Positions 40,809 through 53,511 of a stretch of 64,000 bases of DNA are shown in pieces. Under the pieces are notes generated by a model. The model made no database searches and was not told where the DNA came from. It worked only from the letters and a program-made list of their open reading frames with translations. Where the stretch lies: positions 744,001 to 808,000 of the forward strand of contig JANJGN010000140.1 of the NCBI GenBank assembly GCA_026770705.1, in the 5' to 3' direction. How positions within the stretch are numbered: position 1 is the first letter of the stretch; the number at the start of each line of letters is the position of its first letter. Origin of the DNA: Isurus oxyrinchus (taxonomy: Eukaryota). The position numbers were made by a program, and so were the translations under genes.

Positions 40809-41274
40809 ATGCGGCTACTCCGCATCTGGGTTGTTTGGGGAGCATTTCTGACAGATGATTGTGGACCACACGTATTTTATATTTTTTCTCATTTTTCAAG
40901 AATTATTTAAACGTGAATTTTAACCAGTCCTCGACCTGATCTTTTTCGGCTTGAACATGTTTTTCAGATCTGAGTCATGGAGATTCTGTCACTCAGCTGC
41001 TGTCCTCAGGTGTAAAGACAGAAGGAGATCCGGTGACTTTAAGCTGTACCAATGACACTACAATGAGCGGCTATTATTTATACTGGCACCGGAAACACCC
41101 GGATTCGCAGCCCGAGTTTATATGGTGGAAACATTCGGCCGGTGCTGAAGATAAAGCTGATTTTGCCAAAAGCCGTTTCTCAGTCAAGCTCCAAACCGCG
41201 AGCAAATTCACCAGCTTGATCATCTCGGGTCTGCGGCTGACTAACGCTGCCGTGTATTACTGCTCCCATAGACT
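40809..41274 (+). pseudogene. TCR V segment, duplicate of 9754-10219 (same AT donor)
   Basis: Leader 40809-40854, V exon 40968-41274. RSS 41275-41313: CACGGCG-23-ACAAAAACT. Confidence 0.85.
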
Positions 41275-41911
41275 CACGGCGATGGAAAACAGTCTCACCC
41301 CTGTACAAAAACTGCCTTTTCGCTGTGAAAAGGAGTTCCAGTCTGTTGGGGCTTGTGTAGAATCGCAGCTGCCAGCAGCTCAAGCACACACCGAGAGGAA
41401 ACCAAATTAACTTCGGATCAAACTGTCATCAACTGTTTCCAGGAGCGGCCGGAACACAAACTGTAGAATCCGATTCGACCTAGAGACGATCACAGAATCA
41501 GATTCGAAAACGCGCGTTCTAATCCCCACCCCAAATAATTTGCTTTCGTGTCCCAGGATGCTCTCTCTTCACTTTGTGTCTCCGCGGGCCTGGGCGATTC
41601 ATCGGTCGTGAGGTGACTGACACTGACTGGAAACACCGCGAGCTGGACTACAGTCAGTGCTCTAACAGGGGAATGGCTGCACTTGTGGAGATGGGGCTGG
41701 GGGGGAGGGCGTGGGGAGGGTGGTGTAATCCTCGTCTGTTCGTTGTCGCCAGCAAACTCTGGATTGTTAATGGTGACAGAACATATTCCAGCGTTAAGGA
41801 AATATTCTAAAGATCATCTATATCTGGGGTTTGCTTTAAAGATCACAGGCACTACCTTGTGAAATCTGTTCATTTCGTATAAATACTCTCTAACTCAGCA
41901 ACACGCCCTGC

Positions 41912-42666
41912 TTAAATGGGAATATACTGAGAGGGGTAGATGAAGTGAGAAATATTGGCGTACAAGCACACAGATCTCTGAAGGCAGCATTCAAGCAGAC
42001 AAGGGTTGTAAATAAGGCATATGGAATGCTGTCGTTCATTCGCAGAGGTATAGAATATAACAGTAAGGATATAATGTTGGAATTGTATAAAACACTGGTG
42101 AGGCCACAACTGGAGTATTGTGCGCAGTTTTGGTCACCACATTACAGAAAGGACGTAATAGATCTGGAGACAGTGCAGAGGAAGTTTACAAGAATGTTCC
42201 CATGGTTGGAATAGTGTATCTGCGAGGAGAGATTGGATAGTTTGGGGTTATTTTCCTTAGAACAAAGAAGGCTGAGAGGTGACTTAACTGAGATGTACAG
42301 AATTATGAGGGGAATAGATAGAGTGGACAGGATAAAATTGTTTCCCTTGGTGGAGATTTCTAGAACCAGGGAACATAGATTCAAGATAAGTGGCAGAGGA
42401 TGTAGGGGGGCATGAGGAAGAACTTTTTTATGCAGATGGTAGTGGGTGTCTGGAATTCGCTGCCCAAGTTGGTGATAGAGGCAGAAACTCTAAACTCTTT
42501 TTAAAAGTACCTGGATCTGCACCTTTAGTGCTGTAAGCTGCAGCGGTATGGGTCTGGTGCAGGAAGATGGGATTAGAAAGGGCACCTGGGTGTCCTCGGG
42601 CTGGCATGGACAAGAGGGGCCGAATGTGCTCCTCTGTTGTAACTTTCCTATGGTTCTATGGTTCTA
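41912..42666 (+). mobile_element. 5'-truncated CR1 LINE, same family as 20328-24339
   Basis: Closely matches 23585-24339, including the TTCTATGG tail. Confidence 0.92.
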
Positions 42667-42959
42667 AATGAAGTCCGTGAACAGGCTGCAGCCAAAGTAT
42701 GTAGGACACTGACAAGGGCTGTGGGGAAGGGTTGCTCAATATTACAGTCAGGCTCAGAAACTGCAGTAAAATACACTATGTAAATTGAAGTAAATAAACT
42801 TATAATGGTTGGTTATATTATAAGTGCAAATTGAAATCAAATAATATAATTCTGGCAACGTTCCTAACCTCTTGTTGTTGAGTGTAGTGTTTTGTTGTGA
42901 TCTTTCAGGAATGGCTCTGTGACTCTCAATGTAGCGATGAATTCATTTAAATTGAATTG

Positions 42960-43950
42960 GATTTGAACTAAATTGGCAGGGTGATGAGATCCTGAAATGT
43001 AGTTCAACGGGGAGGGAAGCTGAGATGGAATTAGAAGTTAAAACGCTAGTAAGTGAGTCTGGAAGGCAGAGAGATCATAGGCTAGATAAGAAAGAAGAGA
43101 GTTTAGCCAGGCTAAATTGAATATGTTTTAATGCAGGGAGCCTGAGGAATAAGACAGACGAGCTGAGGGCATAGACAGACACCTGGCAATATGATATCAT
43201 AATTATGACCGACACTTGACTAAAAGAAGTGGAGGATTGGCAGCTCAACATTCCTGGTTATAGGGTATTCAGACAAGATCAAGAGGGGGGTAGAAGAGAA
43301 TGGCGGGCCGCAATAATGATCAAGAAATGAATTATAACAATGAAGAGAGATAATATCCTTGAAGGATCATCAAATGAGGCCAAATGGGTAAAACTGAAAA
43401 AACACAAAAGGGGCAAACACGCTGTTGGGTGTGTACTATAGGCCCCCAAATAGTTAGGGAGACATAGAGGATCAAATATTTAATCAAATTTCAGAGCTGT
43501 GTAAGAATAGTAAGACAGCAATAGTAGAGGATTTTTACTACCCAAATTTTAACTGGGAGAGTTTTGGTCTGCAAATTAGGGAGGGAGCAAAATTCTTAAG
43601 TTGCATCCAGCAGAACATTTCTTAGGCAGTCTGTAAAAAACCTGACAAGGAAAGGGGCAGTTCTGGACCTAATGTTCGGAAGTGAGCCCAGGCAGGTGGA
43701 AAGCGTATCAGTAGGGGAGCATTTTGGGGATAGTGACCATTGCTCAGTTAGATTTAGGATATATATGGAAAAGTATAAGGTTGGGCCAGGAATAAAAGTT
43801 CTAAACTGGAGAAAGGCTGACTTTACTAAGATGAGATATGATTTCGCCCAAGTGGACTGGAAGCAGCTATGAGCAGGGAAAACTGTGTCAGAGCATTGGG
43901 AATCCAATGGGGGAATAGCGGGAGTACAGGGCAACTATGTTCCCGTAAAG
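42960..43950 (+). mobile_element. CR1 LINE ORF2 endonuclease fragment
   Basis: FNAGSL, YYRPPNS, GEHFGDSDH and LNWRKADF motifs. Confidence 0.85.
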
Positions 43951-44905
43951 AGAACTTGGAATATACACAGAAAGACAGATCTGCCAATGGTGAATTTTCT
44001 TCTTGAAGGCTTAACATTGGTATGTAAATGATTCCTTACAGCTGTTAGCACATTTGTTTGAAATACTTTAATGGCCCATGTAAATGTGCATCACCAAGTA
44101 ACGTATTGCAATTTCAGGAGTTCAATTGTGACCTTTACTGACTTGCAAATCCACCAGGTCACTTTACGCTATCCTTCGGTATCCAGAGGAAGGAACTGGG
44201 ACAGATCTGTTTTGCGCCAGAGAGACAGGGTGAAGATTGAGTAGAATGGGCCTCTAGTCTCAGAGATTCGGAGCATGAGAAGTGATCTCATTGAAATGTT
44301 TCAATTTCTTTGGGAACTCGACAAGCAGACACCGAGAAGGTGTTTCTTCATCTAGATAGTGGGTCATAGTTTCAGGATAAGGAATGTGGGTCTTGGATGA
44401 TGAGAAATTTAAGAGTTACCAATTTTTGGACTCTCTATGCTAGCGGACTGTGGGCATTCAATTACTGAGCATATTTAAGTTTGAAGCTGATGGATTTTGG
44501 GGCACTAAGGGAGTCAGTGGATAAAGGGATGGAGCAGGATTGTGGCTTTGATATAGAAGTTCGGTCACGATTGTATTAAATGAAGTGCAGGCTGGAGGAA
44601 TTACTTGGCCCTCCCTATTCCCATTTCTTATGTTCTTAAGAAGAAACCTCTAAAGGAGGGCGGGACATGATTGGAGGGGCTGGTCACACAAGCCTGGCGA
44701 TCACAAACTGGCTGTGGATTTTACATCCAGTCCGATTTTCATCACTTGACACGTCAGTGAAGCAGGATGCAAACTGGTGGCAGGTTGTTTAGAGCCGTTT
44801 TACACGGCTGTGCAAGATCAATTTCACCCGACAGGTCAGGGAGAAAAACGCAGAGATAAAAATATACATTTTGATGATTATTCAAAACTCAGGCCTGTGA
44901 CTTTC

Positions 44906-47900
44906 CTAGTTTACTAACTTCACAATTAGATTCCAAGGATATTTTGCTGCATTTTTCAGCTCCTCTCTGAATTTTCTCTGGGTCACTGCATAAATACATG
45001 TGTTGGTGCAGCAGCTCAGGAGCTGAAGCATATTTCCACTTTCTTGGCGAATGAATTTGGGGTCATTGAAATTGGAACCTGTGAAATAAGGTTCGTTTGT
45101 AATTTTCATATACAGGAAATCTACAACGTACGTCATCCACAACAGGATGAAGCTTCCCGAGATGGTAAAGAGTAAAACAATTGACTTTCTCCGGTTCTTC
45201 ATCTCTGGATCTCTCTGCTTCTCTCCGCTGCTGTGAGCCCGGAGTGTCGTGCGGGCTCGACTGGCCTCGAGGATGTGCCTGACGGTCAGAGCATTGAACA
45301 ACAAAATCAGGAGGAATGGCAAGACCGGATTTAAAACACGTGCAAACCAACCATAGGCTGTCCATGCGAGTGAAGTGTAGAAGCTTGATTTTACATTACA
45401 AAACCACGGTACATTGTTCATTATATAGAGTGGTTCATACATAAAGTACCAGGGAACACCTTTTAAACAGCTTAACAGACAGACAGTTCCTATAACCACA
45501 GCCCCCACTCTCTCGGTGCAATAATTTGTTTTCAACTTCTGGAAACAAATGGCTATGTATCGGTCAAAGGTGAAAGCGACGGTTAACCAAACAGAACTCT
45601 TTGTGGCTGCGTAGATTAGCACAGTACTGAGAGTGCAGGCTGGAGTCATGGACATAAAACTAACGGGAACATAAAGGCCCAATGATCCGATTGAATATCA
45701 CAGCGCACACAACAACTAGGAGATCCGTCACTGCCATGGACACCAGGTACCGAGTGATGCATTTGGAGAGTCCACACCTTCCTCGGGATAGGATCACAAT
45801 CGCCACCAAGTTAACTGAGAGGAATAACAAAATTAACATTGTAAAGTTCAAGCAGGGATGTGAATGTTACAGGCTTCTGATACTTCATCCTCGTTTATAG
45901 AAGACAACCAAATTAATTATTAATAGCTTTCCAATGTCATCTCTGTTTCAACATAAACAACACGGATAGGCTGCATTGATGTAGCGCCTTTAACGTAAAA
46001 ACGTGGCCCAAGCGTGTCACAGGAGAGTGATACATCAAAATTTAATATCCAACCGCATAAGGAGATATTATGCCAAATGACGAAAAAGAATAAGAAAATA
46101 TAGTTTTAAGGGACGATTTAAGGAAGAGAGTGCAGTAGAGAGGCGGAGTGTTTTAGGGAGTGAATTTAAGAGAGCTTAGGACATAACAGCTGAAGGCCTC
46201 GAGGTTACTTGTAATATGTGGCACTCAGCTTTTGGATATTGCATCATGTTACAGGGCATTTCCTCTAAATACAGTAGACATATTAATTATCTTTCTGGTG
46301 TTGAAAGGTACACTGTGACATTGTTTAAGTTGGCTCGTTAGGATTCCAAGGGAGGATGTTTAGGAAGCAGGATGTGTCGGGTATATGCAATTGGAGAAAC
46401 ACCAAACGATTTATATCTGAAATACTGCTAGTTTGGAGGCGACATGTCTACGTTTCTACAGTTCCCATTCTCTCGAGGCGTGATGTTTATTGCCCGACGA
46501 TGAAAGGCGAAATAACTTCGGCTTATATTTTCAGGGATTTAGAAGAATGGGAGGTAATCTCATGGAAACATGCACTATTCTCAAAGGGCTTGACAGGATA
46601 GACATGCAGAGGGTTTTCCCGCTGACTGGAAGATCTAAAGCCTCCGGGAACAGCCCCGGGATAAGACAGCAATCATTTCGGATGGAGATCAGCAGAAATT
46701 TCTTCACTCAAAAGTTTGTGCATTTCTGGAATTCTATACCCAGAGGTCTGTGGATATTTCATTGTTGAGAAGATTTCAGACTTGGATAGACAGATTGTTG
46801 GCGTCTCTGGGAATCAAATGATATGTGGACCCAGCGGAAAGTGGATTGAAGACCAGGATCAACCATGATTTAATTTAACGGAGGAGCTGACTCGGCGTGC
46901 TGCATAGTTTTCTGCTGCTTCTATCTCTTGTGTTCTTGTACACAAACCTGTCTGATCTTCCGGAAAGACATCAATCACACCACAGCGAGAACGGAGCGCA
47001 CGTGGTGCCATATGTAAATCTGCAGCAAATGACCACGTATATATAGCATGACACTGATCACCTCCCAGGTCATCACACATCGTCCATCTGGATATGTAAA
47101 CCAGAAAACTTTCAGTAATTTTTTTGGTACTCAGTGCTGAGCACCCCCCTGGATTGGATTATGTATCTCAGATCCCAGTGGCGATGCTACCTGTAAGTGT
47201 GGATGCATGACATACTTTAACATTCCGATGGCATTAATTAAATCAACAAATTGCTGGTGTCCAAGGTGATATAATTTGGATTAATAAAATAAAGATGAGG
47301 CGATTTTCATGAATACCACTTGCCTTTAGAGGGCCTCAAAATGGGAGCGATAATTATCAGGCCCTGTGACACCAATGAAGAAGCGGGGCTGAAGTTCGGA
47401 CCCAGAACAATCGTTGTTTAAAATAGTTAAAAGCCTTTAATCTGCACCCCTAGGTGTAACCAGAATCACGTCCGTAGTTCTTCTCCCACTCTTCACGCCC
47501 ATTGACCAAAAGGCAAACAAAATATTGTCGCTGAAATTCTTCTTTCGGACAATGCACAATGATTGAAGTTAAAATTCGGCTGGTTTGAATTTTGCTTGGA
47601 ACCTCTCTCACTCTGAGCTACAGGAAAAACGAATTTTATCTCTAGCATTTGTCTTCATTCCCAGATGAATTCTGACGTTTGAGCGGCTGAAGTATGGAGC
47701 GTGCCGATCTGTGCCCTGTAACCGCAATGAATAGATGATTAGTATAGTGGCTATTCCACTAAACTATTAATTCAATAGCCTTGGACGAATATTTCAGGGA
47801 CGTACAAACAAACGATTCAGGAGCAGACACAGGCCATTCAGCCAATCTAGCCTTCTTCGCCATTCAATAAGATCATGGATGATCTTATTACGGCCTCAAT

Positions 47901-50659
47901 GCCACATTCCCACCTGCCCCTGATATCCTTTGACTCCAATGGGCAACAACCGTTTTTGGTTGAAGATAGAAGAATCTTTCTGATTAACACCAGTCTAGAG
48001 ATCCTCAGGGCATCAAACGGATATCCCAATGCAGATCACCGATTTTATGCCTCCCCAGTATCGGGAACGTTTGGTTCTATGTGAATTTCCTATTCGCCAC
48101 GTTTCATCTCCCACTGAGCGGAATGCAAATTTTACAGCCTATTGGTACATATGTAAGCGTTGTCTATCACTAAAACCTTATCATGTTCATTTAGAGCTAC
48201 ACATAATGACAGAAACATAGAACTTGCCCATTGTTCATATACACGCAGGTAGCTGCTCAGATGTATGTCTGTTCTAGTGGTGCACGGCTCGGCACAATGC
48301 CTGATTCTCAAGTTAACAGCAGCTTCGACTTACTTTCCAGCTTTCCGAATGTAGGATAAGCGCTCTAGCCCCTCCTACACCCTGGCCCTTTTTATTCATT
48401 CATTCATTCACTCGTTTTCGGCGACTTAGGAGCAACAGCGTCTATTGTCCATCACTAACTGCCTTTCAGAGGGTGATGGCGAGCCGCCACCAACGATTGA
48501 GTGGTTTTCTGGGTCATTTAAGAAGGCGGTTAATGTTCAACCACATGGTTGTGGATTTGGAATCATATCTGAGCCGGAGTAGATGTCCTTCCCTGAAGGA
48601 CGTTGGTGAACCGGGTAGAGTTTATTGCGATGATCTTGTAGTTGCCTGATCACTATTTCTGGTACTTCAACTTTACTCGAGTTATTTATTATCTCCATTT
48701 AAATTAATTAGTAGTATTAGAATTGGAACTCATGTCATTGGCTCAGGCCTCTGGATCATTAATCCAGTGACGTAAGCATGAGCTTCCGCTCGCGGAACAT
48801 AACCTGGTTGGCATGAAAGGTCTATGTTAAGTTGTACATTCCTTTGCTGAGCCACAACGATTTTTCTGCAAACACGTCTGATGTCGGTTATCTACCGGGG
48901 ATTTTGTCATGTATGAAACAACACAACAGCATTTCCTTCCTCGCTCAACCAGCTCTGGCCAGAGAAAAATGTTTCAGAACACAGAGTAGCAAAACCATTA
49001 GAACAAAGTAGCGGTGCCTCAGTAAGAGACGCTACAAAAAGTAAATATTCACCTGGTTTTCTCATGAAAGCGTTAACTTACTCCGTACGTATAATGATTG
49101 ACTTTGTAATTAAAAACATTTGACACCAGTGATTATTTTGATCAGATCTCCGCATTGATTTTTAAACTGCATTTAGTTCATAACTTCATGGCTTTCGTTA
49201 TAAAAGCATACCCACAAAGAGACAAATTAAAGGGCAATTTTAGCGCAGAATGGGAAATAGTGATTGATTGGCATAACGTAAAGGAGCCCAAACTCAAAGG
49301 GAAGATAACTATATTGACTATGCCACTAAACTGTTAATTCAATAGCCTTGGGCGAGCATTTCAAGGAAATACAAACATACGAATCAGGAGCAGAGACAGG
49401 CCATTCGGTCCCTCTAGCCTGCTTCGTTATTCAATAAGATTATGGCTAGCCTGAGCATGGCCACAGCTCCACATTCCCACCTGAACCCGATACCCTTTGA
49501 CTTCCATGGGGCAGGAACCGTTTTTAGGCTGGATCTAATGAGCTGACAGTTTTACACTTGGTCCGATTTCCAAGCCTCCAATGTCAATGGGACAGAGGAC
49601 TGCATCGAGGGTAAAACTGGCTTGCTTAACAGCTCAAGGCCAATTTCACCCCTCAACCATTTCAAGCAGGTGAAGCTTAACTTCAGGCGCAAATGTGAAA
49701 TGGCTATTAATGAACCTGCAGCTCATTCCACATCACTCCAGAATTGTAATTCACCTGAAAACAATGGAACCATAATTCAAGGCAGATATAACAACGGCAA
49801 TTGCTATTTTTAGACTAACACAAAATCAAAATCTACCCAAAGTTGGTATCACTGGATATGTATTCTCCAGTTATTCACTTGTAGAAGAATATCCGTGAAC
49901 TATAGATTTTGAAAAGGTTACCAGAATATTACTTTTTAGAAATCAATCTAGCAACCTGCGCAGCCTCAGCATGGGATGGTGTAAAGGAATAGACGCAGAA
50001 TTTTGGGTTTTTCAGAGACTTAATTATTAATGCTTGAGTTTAAAACAAAGAAATATTAAAACGGTGGAAATTTTATATATCCCTGAAAAAATGAGTTTAA
50101 AGAAATGCCTGAAGATGACTATATCACAATTTTTACTTGTCATTGACAGAACCAGCTTCATAAAACAGTGATAAAAACAAAAAACTGCGGAGGCTGGAAA
50201 TCCAAAACAAAAACAAAATTACCTGGAAAATATCAGCAGGTCTGGCAGCATTGGCAGAGAAGAATAAAGTTGATGTTTTGAGTCCTCATGACCCTTCAAC
50301 AGAACTGAGCAAAATTAGGAGAGGGGTGAAATATAAGCTGGTTTAAGGTGGGGGTGGGGTGGGGGGAGAGAAGTGGGGAGTGTGGTTGTAGGGACAAGCA
50401 AGCAGTGAACAAGGCAAAAGAGAGATACGGAAATCTTGTCGGAGAGAAGAGCCGTACTTCTTCAAGGTAGGTATTTCTTGAAGTGAAGTGGCAGTCAATT
50501 AAACACAGAGATAAAAACAAAACACTGCGGATGCTGGAAATCCATAAAACAGTGCTTTGTCTAATTGATGGTTTAGCCCAAAGACTTACCCGGAACTCCA
50601 ATAGCAGCAAGAATTGGATAGTAAATGGCATAAACTACACCAGATATTCGGCCGTGCAT
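44906..50659 (-). pseudogene. Two-exon class A GPCR, GPR139-like (shark-expanded type); one frameshift in this assembly
   Basis: Exon 1 50659-50590: MHGRISGVVYAIYYPILAAIGVP + GTAAGT (phase 1). Exon 2 45814-44906: VNLVAIVILSRGRCGLSKCITRYL...DLL...FTFDRYIAIC...NTCIY. An extra G at 45678-45680 shifts the frame after TM2. Confidence 0.88.
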
Positions 50660-52993
50660 TTTCTATGAGAAGAGATGTTCTCTGCCGGTGATAGTTGATG
50701 ACAGAGATTCTCTGTGATAAGCTCAAATAGACCCTTATTTATACTGTTGGAATTCTACAGAGAGACAATTACCTTCCATAATTATTTACAGTTACCCGAA
50801 CAAATAAAGTCAGCAATTGTTTTTCATGTTATTTTTGGGAGGTGGTTGAATGTTGGGAGACACTTGGGAGACGATTATCGAGCCTTGATGCCTCATGCAG
50901 CCCACTGTAGTTTTGAATGTAACTTGTTAGTGCTTGCGCAGATCTAACGTACACTTAGTCATGTGGAACGTTCATTTATGGGAGACACTGAAAGAAACAT
51001 TGATAGCCATCAGGCCGAAGCCAGCACAGCTCAGTTACATGAGACCAGGTAAGAATCAGAATGACAGTGAAAGTTAAATGCTGCCGAATGTACTGACATG
51101 ATAGAAGTTAGACTCACACACAACACATAAGGTCCCCAGAAATTGCAAGTTATACCCACACAATGCAAGTTATATCCACACAATGCAAGTTATGCCAGCA
51201 GTAGCCAACGAATATTCACACAACACAAAGCATAATCTCACAACAACAATGCGCATTTGCACAGGTTTAACATGTATTAAAACATTTTAAACATTTTAAA
51301 TGTTACCAAGCGCCTCACAAGGGCACAATAAAACAAAATTGGAATTAAGTCACATAAGGAAATATTAAGATATTTTCGTACCAGTCCTAGGCTCCTTGGT
51401 TATGATGTTAGGCTCTTTCTCTGTGAATGTTTTAATGGATCCCCATTATTTTACACTTCCTTTTTGAGTATTACACTAGGCTCTGTCTCTGTTAGCATTC
51501 ATCCTAACTTTGTTGTATTCCCAAGTCCATATGCTGTGTTTTAAGAGGATACAGCAATAAACAAGATCCAGATCGTGTTTCTTACAACAACATTGCATTG
51601 GATTGATGGCATGTACTCCTCGAAAACTACTGTTTCTACATTATGTGTTGACTGTACGAAATCATTGTTAGTTATTAAAAATGAACAATTGATGTTCAGC
51701 CAACTGACTGAATCAATGCATTAAAAAGTGTCACTTTCTTCCGATCCATATTTCAACCACTAATCACCCCTCCTAAATACGAAACTTAGCCAAACAGCTC
51801 GAGCGCTGCAGAGCCCCTTAAGAACTGTGGTTTTATCCCTCTTCCATGTACCGGGTCAAAAGTTACACGATTTACAAGCTGGAAATTTTAATGCTGGGTG
51901 GAGCCTGAAAATACACCGTCACCTCTTGACACCGGATCAGGGGAGAAAGAGCTAATCACGGTGCTGTTGTCCTGCTGACAATATTTTGCCCTGAGCCATT
52001 GAAAACCGGAGGCCAGGTTTCTGTGACACACTGTCGGCCTTGTATGTGTGTGTGATACAGCAGGCTGTGCATATCTCACGTGAATGCGGGGAAAAAGGCT
52101 TGATTTATATGAAAAGTGACTTCAGTATAAACATTCGGTCTTAGTGGACAAAAGCGATGGTTTGAACAGCCGCGAATTTGCGGACAATTCTCGCAGAGTG
52201 CCACCTGCACTCCCTGTGCCACAGATAGGGCTCCTTCCCAGCCGCACAGAACTGTTGGAGCCGCTCCCTTCCACGGCCCATTTACCAAGGAAGAGAATCG
52301 AAAACCAGCCTCCTGCTCTTCTCTGCCCTCCCACCTATAGAAACAGTTTGTTTTGATCAACTGAGCCCAAGGCTACATGATTTTGAGCACGTCTATGTGA
52401 TCTATCCTGAACATTCCATTCTCCATGGAGAACAAGCCCAGTTTCCCCAATCTATCCAATTAACTGAAGTTCTGCATCCCTGGGATGACTCTAGTAATCT
52501 TACATGTGCCCTCTCTAAACCATTCACATCCCTCCTAAAGTGCGATGCCCGGAAGTGGACACAATGTTCCAGTTGAGGGGGAACCAGTGATTTCCAGGGG
52601 AACAGTAGTATTCCCTTGCTTTTAGACTCTATGCCGCTGTTATGATGTCGATAATTCCTAATGTTTTAGCACCACTTTCTCAGGCTGTCAGGCCACTTTC
52701 AATCATTTATGCCCATAAAGTGCATATCGCTTGTTGAAGAATGGATAATTGAATGAATTATTTTGGCGGGAGTATTGTAGGCGGCTCGAAGTATAAAAAC
52801 GTTAAAGGCTCTGCAGAGCCAGAAAGAACGTGCGACCTTGATGTGTTTAACGGTTTTATTCTGTGACACAAAATTATAAGGTCAATTGAAAATACATTCG
52901 TGGAGTGATTCCCTAGCCCCATCCCTCTTCTGTGTGTGTATGTAGGTTTGCGTGTGTGTGTGTATGCTCCTTTCAACGTAAACCCGAAAATGG

Positions 52994-53206
52994 GCAATTA
53001 TTTGAACTCTTTCCGTGCCTTGTATCACTGTGTGTCTGTAATCCCACCATGTTCAGCTTTTTGTACAACTCTTTCCGTGCTCTGTATCACTGTGTTTCTG
53101 TAATCCCACCATGTTCAGGTTTTTGTACAGCGCCCTCCGATTTCTGTGTCACTCTGCACCATGTTCAGGTTTTTGTACGGTTCTCTCCGTGCTCCGTATC
53201 ACTGTG
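52994..53206 (-). repeat. Tandem array of four 23-RSS units
   Basis: Heptamers at 53206-53200 (CACAGTG), 53156-53150 (CAGAGTG), 53094-53088 (CACAGTG) and 53032-53026 (CACAGTG). Each has a 23-bp spacer. Nonamers are ACAAAAACC, ACAAAAACC, ACAAAAAGC and a degenerate AATAATTGC. Confidence 0.92.
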
Positions 53207-53511
53207 CTGTGCGCCGACTCAGTTCACAGTAATAAACAGCAGAGTCGCTCAGTTGCAGTTTGGAGATCTTTAACCGGTTGATTTTCTCGGAAGAATCGAT
53301 AGAAGCAGAAATTCTTTCCCTGCAAAGTTTTCTTCATTCTCTTCTCCTGAAGTGTATCTCTGAAGAAGATATTCCGGAGCCTCTCCTGGGGACTGACGAT
53401 ACCAGTGTACTGTGTACTGACAGATACCTGAATACCCACAGATTAAAGTAACTCTGTCACTAGCAGCAGACGTTTGTAGAGGCGACATCTGGGAAATCAT
53501 GGAACTGGAAT
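53207..53511 (-). pseudogene. Leaderless supporting TCR delta V of NAR-TCR, 1-bp frameshift
   Basis: Acceptor TAG, then DSSSMISQ...LICGYSGICQYTVHWYRQ (extra CDR1 Cys). One base is missing at ~53318-53320; the frame resumes as RISASIDSSEKINRLKISKLQLSDSAVYYCELSRRT. No leader recognised upstream. Confidence 0.9.

Larger units (their letters stand above)
31095..41411 (+). repeat. Segmental duplication, copy 2
   Basis: Colinear with 1-10374. Confidence 0.97.

Noticed and set aside
47756-49530. ~200-bp diverged direct repeat (47756-47960 and 49323-49530) in the GPCR intron
   Set aside because: Mostly a retroelement tail plus a short flank; an old local duplication with no sign of function.
52016-52054. 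Solo RSS-like CACACAC-23-ACAGAAACC on the minus strand
   Set aside because: The heptamer is part of a short CA run and no V or D coding sequence adjoins it; likely a chance cryptic RSS.
52994-53206. CRISPR-like repeat/spacer appearance (also 61405-61749)
   Set aside because: Vertebrate DNA with no cas genes; the spacers are homologous to each other, and the units are explained as RSSs or SINE repeats.
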